NCBI GenBank assembly: GCA_049322675.1
Contig: JBMORM010000009.1
Coordinates: 222,132-286,131 of the forward strand
DNA length: 64,000 nt
Direction: 5' to 3'
Source: Patescibacteria group bacterium
Lineage (GTDB): Bacteria; Patescibacteriota; JAHJAL01
The notes below the pieces were generated by a model, which did no database searches, was not told where the DNA came from, and saw only the letters and a program-made list of their open reading frames with translations. A program made the position numbers and the translations under genes. Shown one piece after another: positions 10,701 to 20,700 of this stretch (position 1 is its first letter; every line of letters begins with the position of its first letter).

Positions 10701-13700
10701 CAAATTTTATGATGACAACGATAATAAGTTGGAATACTGGACAGAAGAGTGGAACAATCGCGGCACTTCGGTTTTTTGGGTCAAGGTGCCGGTTGGCGAA
10801 ACGGAAAAAATATATTTGTATTATGGTAACTACTCGGGCACAAACGAATCCAATTACGACGATGTTTTTAGTAAAAATTATAATACAAGTGGTTTGGTCG
10901 CCGGTTGGCATTTGGACGATGTCGTCACCAGCAGCACGGTTGCAGACTATTCCAGTAACAACAATACAGGAACTTTGACCAATGGACCAATTTGGCAAGA
11001 GACCGATGGCGGTGGTTGGGCCGATCAGAGCGATCAACATTTTGGTACCGGCTATCACTTGTCTTTTGATGGCAATGATGATTATATCAATGTTCCTCAT
11101 TCGACTAGTGTCGATCCCCAAACTGCCTGGACTTTGGAAACTTGGGTCAATAGGAATTATCTGAGTTCACAACATAGTTTGATCGAAAAATATGCTTGGA
11201 CCAGCGGGACTGGCGGATACGCTATGAGAATTACGGCTGACAATAAGTTGAATGGATTTATCGTCAATGGAACGGCGGCGCAAGGGTGCACGGGTACGAC
11301 CAATATTATGAACGGAGAGTGGTATCACGTCGCTGTCACTTTTGATAGTGCTACTGATTCGATAAGATGCTACGTTAATGGTTTATTGGATGGTTACAAT
11401 AGTGCTGCAACGTACAATCCGATGTCTTCATCTTCTGCTTCTTTAAAAATTGGAGCAAGGGGCAATGATGCCGGATCAGTATTAAATGGGTATTTGGACG
11501 AACCAAGAATATATAGTCGCGCTTTATCAAGCGACGAGGTACGATCTCAATTTGAACGCCGACAATATGGCGCAAATGGCCCGCAAACTATATTGGGCGG
11601 CTCGAGATTGGTTAGCGAAAGTCGCGCCGGTCAAACCGACTGGCTGGATAGCAATTGGAATTACCGCACCGGTTTGACCGTCTTCAACAACAACAATGTT
11701 GATGCGTTAGATGATTATCAAGTGGTTTTCAATTTGGATACCAAATACTTGGTTGACAGCGGCAAAGTATTGAGCAGCGGCAATGATTTGAGATTCACTG
11801 ATAGCGATGGATTGACTTTGCTTGATTATTTTATCCACACCGATCTTAATAATGTGAATACTAAAATATTTATCAAAATACCGGAAGTTGGTGCCGATAG
11901 TCAGAAGAAAATATATATGTATTATGGCAATCCGTCGGCAGAAGCGGCTAGTTCCGAAAGTGCCTTGGATTTTTATGACGACTTTGAAGATGGGATTATC
12001 AATTCAACGAAATGGCCCACTCAATCAATAGGAAGTTATATTACCGAAGAAAACGGTCAAATGAAGATGACCGGAATCCGTGCCGGTAATTATTATCTAC
12101 AAAGTCCGGCTATTTCTTCTGCAAATCTTAATGCAGTTATCGAAGCTCAAACCAGTACACCTACTTTGCCGACAAATTGTTGGTCGCCAGTTTCTTGGTG
12201 GAAATCCACCAGCGCCGGTTTGAGTATTATCGAGTGTCCAGGTTCAATTTTGGACAACAATGATTATGCTTGGCACAATGGTTTGTTGGATAGTGCCCGG
12301 ACAGGGAAGAATGTTTCAGAGACTCATATAAATCAATTGAAAATAAAGGATAATTTTAATACTTCTCTTCAAACCAAATTTTTGGATAGCTATTTTTCGG
12401 ATTGGACGGCAAATTATTTTGACAATTCGCAAGATAGTTATTTTATTAGACTGGGAGCTCGGGCGGATAATTATGATCCTGGTTCCATCCAAACTATGGA
12501 TGGTCGGATAGACTGGGTACTGGCGCGTAGATATACTGAACCGGAACCACGAGTCGGAGCGTATAAAGTAGCCTACACCAGCAAAAAAGGAAATATTGAG
12601 AGCGAGACTTGGTACGGCACGATTTATGTTGAAGAACCAGTAATAGTAAATCCGGGTGCAACTTTGACGATTCAACCGGGAACGATCATCAAATTTAATA
12701 CAGACACATATTTGTTGGCGGAAAACAGCACAATCAATGCGATAGGTCTAAGTTATGATCCGATTTATTTTACTTCGGTCAACGACAATAACCGCGGGAC
12801 AATTATGGACAATTCAACCGGAAATCCGGTGGCGGGTGACTGGATGGGAGTTTATGCGATAGGAAATGGGGATAATATTATGAAATTTTGCGATGTGGCT
12901 TACGGCGGAAAGACCAATGAATTGGGGGGGATAAATTATCGCGGGATGGTCAACGTACGTGAAGACAACATGATGATTGCCAATACGGTTTTTAATAATA
13001 GCGCCAATGCCGATATTTTTGCTTATCAGGCCGATCCGTATATTTATCGCAATAATTTGGGCGACAGTCCATATGGTTTGTATATTAATGCCAATAATCA
13101 AATTATTACTCATGCCATCGAATACAATAGTTTCGCAAATACGACCGAGGCGGCTGTATATGTCGATAATTTGCCGAATACCGACACCGACTCGGGCCCG
13201 GGTTTGGTTTTGCGCAATAACGATATCGACGAGACCAATACCGGATTTTATATCAAAAATATGTCCGGCGATAGTATCAGGGACAACAATGCTGAAAATA
13301 CGATTGATACCAGACAAAACGCTTTCAAAAATCAGACCGGATATATGTGCTACTTTGATGTCGCTGCGGGTGACTGCAAATTTGATCGGACGAGTGGCGG
13401 CGAAATTTTGTTTGATATCAATAGTGCAATTTTGGAAATACCAAATGGTAACGAACACTGGATGGCCGGTAGTACGCAAACTGTTTCTTGGAATTTCAAC
13501 AATGGCAGCAGCAACGGAAGTTATGTGGATATTTATCTTTCGCCCAACAATGGAGAAGAATTTGATTTTACCGTGGCCGCCAATCTAAGATGCGATGGAT
13601 CGGGATCCGGTCCGGGTTGCAATGGCACAAGCGGATCATACAGCTGGTTGGTATCGGGCGTGCCAAACAATGAAAAAAGATTAAAGATAGTTTTGAGAGA

Positions 13701-14685
13701 TAGCGCCGGAAATAGTTTGGTGGAAGATATTTCGGACAAAAACTTTCAAATCAACTTGATTACGGATGAATTGTCGGATGTCCAAGCGGGAGCGGGAGCA
13801 AAACACACTATCAAATTTGCGATTCCTTTTGACTGGCCGGAGTTGGTCAATGACAGTTTCAAAATTTCTTTCCCGGCGCAGTTTGATTTGAACGAATTAA
13901 ACGCCGGCGATATCGCGGCCTCTGGCGGAGATGTGGTTTGGGGAAGTCCGGTTATCAATAGCTTGAGTAACACTATCGCAATTCCATTCACCGGAACATT
14001 GGATGATACGGATGGTTTGATTACTTTTGGATTGGGAAGTGAGAGCAGTAGGATAATCAATCCAGAGGAAAATGGATCATATCGACTAACTATTACTCTT
14101 CATGATAATCAAACCGGTGCCAATCCGGCGATCAGACGACTTTCAACCAATATAAATATCAATGATGATTTAGCTTTTGCTTTCCATGTACCAGCCACGT
14201 TGCAACTTTCTATTCGGGATATTACTGATACTACGGATATTGATCGTTTGAGATTCGAAAATCCTATGGCCAATACTATCCTGGATGTAAGTCATTTGAT
14301 CAAAGTATCAACCAATGCTCACAATGGTTATTCGGTGACAATATCCGAGGATCATGATTTGACCAGTCCGTCCGGGGCGATAATTCCTGATTTTGTCGGC
14401 AGCAACGAACAACCTCAACCTTGGATCGCTCCGCCGGGAGGAACAGTCAATGGCTATTATGGATACCACACGGACGACACTGATTTGTCTTCCGGGACAG
14501 CGGACCGGTTTGCGCTGGCGGACAGATGGGCGGCGGCGATAACTGATCCCAAGGAAATAATCTACTACCCCACTTCGACTCAAGATCAAACCAACACTAT
14601 GACTTTCCGCTTACAATTTACTCCAAAACAAGTGTCGGGTCATTATCAACATACTGTTTTTTACACAATCACTCCAAATTATTAA
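4771..14685 (+). CDS. Giant secreted protein (3304 aa): YPxxIDP N-domain, 5 LamG, 2 four-Cys Ig-like repeats, 2 DUF2341-like domains, right-handed beta-helix, C-terminal WxL-like module
   Basis: Signal-like N-terminus (KHKSKLYLFSLGLLPLLMM); RQYPIFIDPT; GLWH(M/L)xE...DE(I/V)(R/K)(I/L) LamG units; DYQV...DGSDIKFYD...FWVKVP...IYLYYGN (DUF2341-like); LTIQPGTIIKF...PIYFTS beta-helix; ends GHYQHTVFYTITPNY. Confidence 0.9.
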   Translation: MTKQKHKSKLYLFSLGLLPLLMMGNISGENLLKNIAGTSEPKAIIAQTGLLADGYYRYKDDSIGVEFGDRNNGETQSVTFLSAPTTEKNDNYSRPKSISWKIIDPDDKNAGWLEKLTTKIANNLGGRFASTNWKIDGDQAVLYEVLPDVDLRYKILPGLGLKEELIVKGTKEQVEEKYSFDLVTEQGLKLQKASEDNQYNLEVDSYYFTDTRDNYVAHFLPLTIYDSNGQSSNEASLDITNNGGNDYKITITLDHDWLYNVDRQYPIFIDPTIVHDDLTDFNTGNAMNRVEAVAGPKVQLSNQELAAGASTIGLWHMNETSGSTVTDFSGNSNNGTATGTTIIDGKLNKARSFNGTSDLINLGKNPSVKGSSQVTIEGWIYPTSLTNYFPIYFESNNTSGYTRLMLRVGTDGSLNMGGRDTDGTPAYVTFATSATGLITTNKWYHVTGVYNADTDIHKVYINGTDVTSSGNVTAATFPNTVPTDNIFLGFVTGGTYASGTLDEIRLIKRALSTEEIKADAGLRPYGVYTSDVLDLESVNPTFNNINWTENGVRTGDGETDLSTTSLVAQWNFNETSGTTASVSAGSCGSNCNGTLTNMTTTGQDASATSGWTANNKRWGAGALMFDGTDDYVVGIGNSGMSGNPTFTLEAWFKPNILNDATIVGFGDGNTSLGAGSMFLGANGSLSLATAGSNNATTSTGIIKSGQWYHVVIVKIPGAINSTTKIYINGIEYPVTGSTSTPNITNLPVVFGKFPNYSGYYFNGTIDSSRIYSRALSVDEILSNYQAGNVQFQTRTGTDNTPDDGSWEDWRAAGSGVETQILNIDTDSSNWNTDEIDVTNIVKTNDTVVKQEGSGSLKISTGAAQADANTVGLWHLDETGGSGAYIKDGSGNSNHGTPTGTSVTSGISGKARSFNGSNDYISIPNPSSGLTSGGTKTISAWIKTSSTRGVIFNSYDGTNGYQIYVDTSGNLTLYSNGGGVLVTSSKVNDNLWHHVAAVWDGTNAYIYLDGVQKISGARTITTNVTSQVQIGVQCNGSCPTSADYYFNGYIDEVKISNVARTADEIAETYRMGRDHRLDRTISSTDLSEKSSLPFYIAADKPGTYLETTIGESAFANNVSDSNTVGLWHLEEQSGSGAYIKDSSSYANHGTPTGTTVSDGKIGKARSFNGSSDYINLGNNSSLSSDTQTISFWLANKGTNKTAYIIDRSPNSDSWGTFGIVYYSSQLYVTADGEHQVVIPYSSLSNGDFLTFTFNYPTVNFYLNGKLYNTLTFSNHFNAGSSYATSIGRAGEYNNYFFDGAIDEVRIDNVVRTADEIRQAYEIGSRTHAVTIDFAAGLDSGDLISGSSDTSFTIDATTKGLSQKGANLYVGDKIIVRENYDGTEYVAQGLVNSVDISTGAVTVSTWDSGSTFPSSGFTVKADVFKWQREYFDITSSMSSQRNAVTHITTRFTNGSEGRTIWLDDFKSVSNYLTNPIGSTITSSPHRYFQYRLIPTTTNIQTTPSVAAITLDYEKSNMTISGGSTTQTSLNNNNKQSFNITVGGVTCDEVDTTVTAQVSWNQIDWYEVDQTISPVNNLNITKDMNLTTMNGYPTAEGNVTIYVRAETETTTSNIESLIILKDTINPIVATITSVASDVNLPFNDTTNDGSTLVVYTAASDANTCKWDESDLTYGAMSHYCESTTNCTLNLTGYGDKDVYMRCKDNAGNENNDLLSPAPTFSYTIGGISMDSAGTDETFLNNNNKNNFGLKGNNIIYEATGENVVLQGSWNQTDWYDVTTVASPVNGETVSGAADVASWNGYSADGDVTVYLRAKGGTSEYSEIRSFLTTKDTTEAGVTGIVSVAGDSDVPFVDPTNNLNTQVLYTASADAASCKWDTNSALTFTEMANTCENTSSCTLDLEGRGNHTVYFKCQDIHGNNQTNNYALTYSINSASEQPLGWLQTRTVKIDPATPLADYQVRVELTPTTFDYDNTKSDGSDIKFYDDNDNKLEYWTEEWNNRGTSVFWVKVPVGETEKIYLYYGNYSGTNESNYDDVFSKNYNTSGLVAGWHLDDVVTSSTVADYSSNNNTGTLTNGPIWQETDGGGWADQSDQHFGTGYHLSFDGNDDYINVPHSTSVDPQTAWTLETWVNRNYLSSQHSLIEKYAWTSGTGGYAMRITADNKLNGFIVNGTAAQGCTGTTNIMNGEWYHVAVTFDSATDSIRCYVNGLLDGYNSAATYNPMSSSSASLKIGARGNDAGSVLNGYLDEPRIYSRALSSDEVRSQFERRQYGANGPQTILGGSRLVSESRAGQTDWLDSNWNYRTGLTVFNNNNVDALDDYQVVFNLDTKYLVDSGKVLSSGNDLRFTDSDGLTLLDYFIHTDLNNVNTKIFIKIPEVGADSQKKIYMYYGNPSAEAASSESALDFYDDFEDGIINSTKWPTQSIGSYITEENGQMKMTGIRAGNYYLQSPAISSANLNAVIEAQTSTPTLPTNCWSPVSWWKSTSAGLSIIECPGSILDNNDYAWHNGLLDSARTGKNVSETHINQLKIKDNFNTSLQTKFLDSYFSDWTANYFDNSQDSYFIRLGARADNYDPGSIQTMDGRIDWVLARRYTEPEPRVGAYKVAYTSKKGNIESETWYGTIYVEEPVIVNPGATLTIQPGTIIKFNTDTYLLAENSTINAIGLSYDPIYFTSVNDNNRGTIMDNSTGNPVAGDWMGVYAIGNGDNIMKFCDVAYGGKTNELGGINYRGMVNVREDNMMIANTVFNNSANADIFAYQADPYIYRNNLGDSPYGLYINANNQIITHAIEYNSFANTTEAAVYVDNLPNTDTDSGPGLVLRNNDIDETNTGFYIKNMSGDSIRDNNAENTIDTRQNAFKNQTGYMCYFDVAAGDCKFDRTSGGEILFDINSAILEIPNGNEHWMAGSTQTVSWNFNNGSSNGSYVDIYLSPNNGEEFDFTVAANLRCDGSGSGPGCNGTSGSYSWLVSGVPNNEKRLKIVLRDSAGNSLVEDISDKNFQINLITDELSDVQAGAGAKHTIKFAIPFDWPELVNDSFKISFPAQFDLNELNAGDIAASGGDVVWGSPVINSLSNTIAIPFTGTLDDTDGLITFGLGSESSRIINPEENGSYRLTITLHDNQTGANPAIRRLSTNININDDLAFAFHVPATLQLSIRDITDTTDIDRLRFENPMANTILDVSHLIKVSTNAHNGYSVTISEDHDLTSPSGAIIPDFVGSNEQPQPWIAPPGGTVNGYYGYHTDDTDLSSGTADRFALADRWAAAITDPKEIIYYPTSTQDQTNTMTFRLQFTPKQVSGHYQHTVFYTITPNY

Positions 14686-14769
14686 GAAGTATAATGGTAG
14701 GGGAAGAAATTTTTAATTTTTAAATATGTTTTGTTGGACTATCAAGATGAAAAACAAAATAAAATAAAT

Positions 14770-17700
14770 ATGAAAATCCCAAAAATAAAAAAATTGCTCC
14801 AGTTTACTCCCATGGTATTGTTGTGCCTGGCTTTGGTGGTGGTACTGATTTTGAAGGTGAGAATTCCGACGACTTCGAAAGAGATTTCGGTCAACACCAA
14901 AGAACAAACCCAGTCAATGACGGACAAACAGGCCGAGTCGGACCAAAGTCCGACTGCGGGCAAGAAAAAGATGTCGGTGACAACCAATATCAGCAAGATT
15001 GAGATTGCCCCGGTGGTTGACGAAAAACAGCAAAAATACTTGTACAATGAGGCGGTGGAGGCAATTATCAATGTCGATCGAATCAGAAATGACGACTCCA
15101 CTTTGCCGTCAGACAATGCTTTCAGTAAAAAGAAAGACAAGCAATATTGGTGGGATTTGATCAATTGGTTTGGCAAAGAAGTAGTCGAAGCCAAAAATGA
15201 TGATTTTACCCTAAAAAATTATTTGGATGCCAATCAAATCAGAACCGAAGTGCAGCTAACAGAGGAGCAAAAAGATTTTGCCGTTTCTTTGGAAGTGCCC
15301 AACAGTAAAACAGTAACTTCGTCACGCGGTGATTTTATCCAATACGAATTTGATCAAAGTACAGTTGTCCAGTACCAGTTGAAAAATAATCGTTTGAAAG
15401 AAAATATTATTTATAATTTTAAACCGGCGGAGAATTATTTTTATTTCAATATTGACCGGGCGGACAATCTGGAGATAATTCCTAAGCCCGATGGAGAAAT
15501 TATTATTCAAACCAAAGATGAACCGCGACATATCGTTGCGACCGTGATGGCGCCGACAGTGGTGGATCGCAAAGGCAAAGTGGGAAAAATTAGCTTGGAA
15601 TATTCAGAAAATCGATACAAGTATATTATTGACCAGGCTTGGTTGGATCAGGCTAATTACCCGGTGGTAATAGATCCTTCTTTGCAACTTGGAGCGGTAT
15701 TGTATTATACCGGCGGGACGGTAAATGTCGAATGGCATGGTGACGGTTCAGACTACCGTGATACCGGCGTATTTTTGTATAAAGACGAAGTATCGTTGTA
15801 TTCGCCGATTAATCAATATTTGATCAGTAATATTGATTACGGGGATTGCAATCCGGCGGTAGGTGTTTTTCAGCTTTGCAATAAAGGAACAACCAGTTTT
15901 AATCTAGGCGATCAATATGTCGGCCAGGAATTGAAATTTGGAAATAAAGTCTATCAGAGTGACATAATTTATTACACCGGTCCCGCCAGTCGCAATCCGG
16001 ATAATCAAGTTCACACCATTATAGTCTATGAAGAAAGTTTTAATGCATATGTTATCAGATTTCTTCGAAATCATCCGACAAAAAATGGGATGTGGTATGG
16101 TCCGTCTGTCGATATTTGGCTGACCGGCGGATTATCCGATTCGCCACCGCCAGTTGATCCGACTCCCACCACTTCCCCCGAACCGATTTTGTCCAATCTG
16201 TCCTGTGTCAGCAACAGCGGACAGATAACCGTCAATTTTGACACTACCGGTTTTGGTTCCACTGCAACTTATGCCATAAAATTTGTCGGAAATGGTACGC
16301 AGTATCTCCAGTCAAACAACACTTTGGGCGATACGGAAGTCTGGAGAACTAAAGGAGAATGGGGAAATAATATCCGCGTAACCGGTTTGACCGCCGGCAC
16401 GGATTATACAGTTTCAATTTCCGCCAAACCGGATGGAGCCGGTACGGCGTTGGCTTATGGACCGACTAAAAATACCACCGAGATTTGTTCTCAGGATACT
16501 TTCAATGATTCAGGACAAGTTTGCGGTGATGGCGTAATCCAATTTCCAGAAGAATGCGATGACGGTAATACCAATGACGGAGATGGTTGTGACCGCAATT
16601 GCACCAATGAACCAGCGGCAGTAACCGATCCGCCGACAGTTGACATCAAGGCTAACGGTTCAGATAGTCCTTCGACATTGCCAAACAACAGCACGGTCAC
16701 CTTGTCTTGGACTTCAAGCAATGCCACTTCTTGTACTGCTTCCGGCAGCTGGTCGGGTGATAAGGCGACAAACGGAAGTGAAAACCAAGGCCCGCTCACT
16801 ACTGGCACCTATACATATGTTATTCAATGCACCAACTCGGCCGGCAGTCGCTCGGATAGTGTTACTATCACGATTTTTTCTCCTCCATGTGACATTACTT
16901 ATACATATTCTACAACAAATACAGATGTAAATACTGTTTCTAATCATTGGCATGGGACTGTATGTATTAATAGAAATTTATTTATCGCTGGTTCCAATAC
17001 TTTGACTATAGATCCAGGCACGGTAATAAAATTTTATGTTGGCAATGCCAATGAAAGATGGCGTATTTTAAATTACGGTACTCTAAATGCTATCGGTACT
17101 GAAGATAATCCAATTTATTTTACGTCTTTTCGAGACAATTCTATCGGTAATATTGTACCTGGAGGATCAGGGACGCCTCAAAAAGGAGAATGGAATGAAT
17201 TGAATTTCAACGCCTATGGTGATAGTTATCAGGGCATTGGTGAACTAAACAACGTAGTAATCAGATATGCAACTACCGGTATCAATGATTATGTTCATAC
17301 TGCCTTTAGTACATCTCCCCATAAACCCGAACCAATTTTGAGAAATATTATTATAGAAAACTGTTCCGGCGATGGAATATATATTGAACGCAGTCATCCA
17401 ATACTTGAGAATGTTACTATCAGAAATAACGGCGGTAATGCAATTTATCTCAATTTGTATGGTTATTCAAATTCTAATGGTCGTGCCAATGTAAATTTTC
17501 TTGGTAATAATGTTGCTATAAATAATAAATTAGATGGAATATATGTTAATAATCATGCACTTTCGTCAACTGCAATATTGGAAAATATTACTTGGAATAA
17601 TGACTTCCCTTATTATTTAGCACAAAATTTTAATATTGAACGCGATGCGATTTTATCTATTGAAAAGGGAACTGTTATTAAATCTGCTGATGATGTCACA

Positions 17701-20700
17701 TTCACTGTTTGGGGTACATTGGTAGCTATTGGCACAGTTGACGAACCGGTATATTTCACTTCTGCCTATGATAACACAACTCCAGATGGTGATATTACAC
17801 CAACAAATGGAGAAGATAATATCCCTACTAAAGGCGATTGGGCGCAACTTATTTTTCTAGCCAATCGTAATGATGCTGATCAAGCCAATGGCGAATTGAA
17901 TAATGTGATTATTCGTTATGCTGTAAATGGAATCAACGATTATGTTCATACCACTTATGTGAGTTCACCGGATAAGCCAGAACCAATATTGCGTAATATT
18001 CTAATAGAAAACTGTTCTGGCAGTGGTGTCAATATTGATCGCAGTCATCCAATATTGGAAAATATTACTATAAAAAATTGCTACAAAGCTATTAATCTTG
18101 ATTTGTATGGCATCACTAGTTCTGATGGTCGTGCCAACGTTCGTTTTCTAGGCAAGATAGTTGCTGAAAATAATGAATATAATGGTGTGTATGTTTACAA
18201 CCGAGCCCATTCTCCAGCTGTAATTCAAGAAAATATTTCCTGGGACAATAATTTACCTTATTATCTAGGTGGAAGCTTAACAATCAATCCTGGAATATCT
18301 TTGACATTAAGTCCGGGAACCATTATCAAGATTGGTTCTGGATACAAAATAGAAAATCGCGGCTTGTTGTATGCTGTTGGCTCTTCTGAACAACCAATAT
18401 TTTTTACTTCAGCCAAAGACAATACTACACCGGATGGTGATATCACTCCGAAAAACACCACAGATAATAATCCAACCAAAGGTGATTGGAATGAAATAAT
18501 GTTCAATGCATATAATAATAATTATCAAGGTGCGGGAGAATTGAACAATGTCATTATCCGTTATTCCACTAATGGGATAAATGATTATACCCATATTCTT
18601 TATCAGTCTTCGCTTCCAAAACAAGAACCAGTATTAAGAAATATTACAATAGAAAAATGTTCAGCTAGTGGCATTTCAATCCAACGGAGTCATCTTATTA
18701 TAGATAATGCTAGTATTAGTGATTGTGATGGAAACGCAGTTAGTTTAGATATGTATGGTTTTGATTTTTCTGATGGTCGAGCAAATATTAGTTTTACTGG
18801 CACCACTTCTGTATCTGGTAACGGTCTAGACGGTATTTATGTGTTTCATTCTACGAATAATATTATTTCATTAGCAGAAGATATAACATGGGAAGGCACT
18901 ATTCCTTACTATGTTTCAGAAACAATCGAAGTGCCATATCTATATAAAATGACTATTCAGCCAGGTACAATATTAAAATTTGGTTCGGCGGCAGATCTTC
19001 ATGTTTTAGGCCGCTTAAATATCGGTGATCAAAACAATATAGACATTCGGCCGGTTTATATGACATCTATCAAAGATGATAGCTCGGAAACTGGAGGCGA
19101 TATCCAAAACAATGCTGGCAATGATCCAAGTAAAGGTGATTGGGGTAAATTAATATTCGACGCATATAATAATTATAATATTGGCGCGGGAGAAATTAAT
19201 AATTTAATAATTAGATATGCCACCATAGGCATACAAGATTATGTCCATCATTTAAATGCAAACGATTTACCAAAACAAGAACCGGTATTAAAAAATATTA
19301 TTATTGAAAATTGTTCATCGCATGGAATTTCTGTCGATCGCAGCCATCCGATATTTGAAAATTTAATAATTCGAAACAATAATAGTAACGCCGTTAATTT
19401 AGATATGTATGGTTTGAGTTCATCAGATGGAAAAGCCACGATAAATTTTGTTGGAAACGTTGTAGCTGAAAATAATGGTTTAGATGGAATATATATTTTT
19501 AATAGTGCACACGAACCAACGGTAATTATTGAAAATGTAAACTGGGACAATGATTTACCATATTATATCGCAAATAATCTTTCAGTTTATTCTAGTTCTA
19601 CTTTAAATATTGAAAGTGGAACAGTTATAAAGTTTGGGCCAAGTAAGTCATTAACAATTAATGGAAAATTAAACTTAAACGGTACATCCGAGAAACCTAT
19701 TTATTTGACATCATCAAAGGACAATAATACACCAGATGGAGATATAACTCCGCTCAATTTTTCTGATAATACGCCAGCCAAAGAAGACTGGGGCGGAGTT
19801 TTGTATTCTGGAAGTAGCGCTGGTGGCAAGGTATATAACACTACTTTCCGTTATGGCGCAGGTGGTACGGGCAATTATGACTATGAGTTGGCTTTTGATG
19901 GAGTTACTGCTAATACAGTAGAAGTCAAAAACAGTAATTTCAATTTTACCAATCGCGGTCTTTATGCCAATAATTCTAAATTAAGTATTCATGATAATAT
20001 TTTTGATTCTTCGTCTGATTACGGAGTGGTGATCAATAATCCGCCGACAGGATTTGTGTTTGATCGAAACGAAATCGCCCATTCTGATACCGGAATATGG
20101 ATCACCGCCGCTTCCAATGGTTTGACTTTGAGCAACAACAATATTCACGACGTCTTGACCGGAGTTTTGGGGCAAAATATTTCGACCAATGGCGTGTTGA
20201 TGACGGGAAATTATATCGATGCCAGCAATTATCTTATTCGCAACAATAGTTCACCTTTTGTTTCCGGTAGTTGCGCTTCCCCATCAACCAGCACAACAAT
20301 CAACGCTTGCGTAGCCAACAATTGGGGCAGCTATCCGGTTAGCGATTATCCGACGGGCAAGATTTACAAAAATCCCGGAAATATCTTGTACAACAATTAT
20401 GGAGTACAATTGACAGCGCCAAATGGAGGAGAAAGATGGAGTCCGCGTAGCCGACATAATATTATTTGGACTACCTACAATACCGGCGGCAATAGTCGTT
20501 ACGCTGATTTGCATTATTCTTTTGACGGCGGAACAAATTGGACTTTGATCGCAGAGAATATTGATCATCAAGGCGGAGCCACCATCTTTGGTACTTACGA
20601 TTGGTTGATTCCTGACACCGTTTCGGCTCAGACCTTGGTCAAAGTAGATATCAAAGATCTAAATGAAACCATAATAGCCAGCGATGTTTCCAATAGTTAT

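Noticed and set aside
14690-14695. TATAAT upstream of the third giant gene
   Set aside because: No -35 at a suitable spacing and no extended TG; too weak in an AT-rich context.
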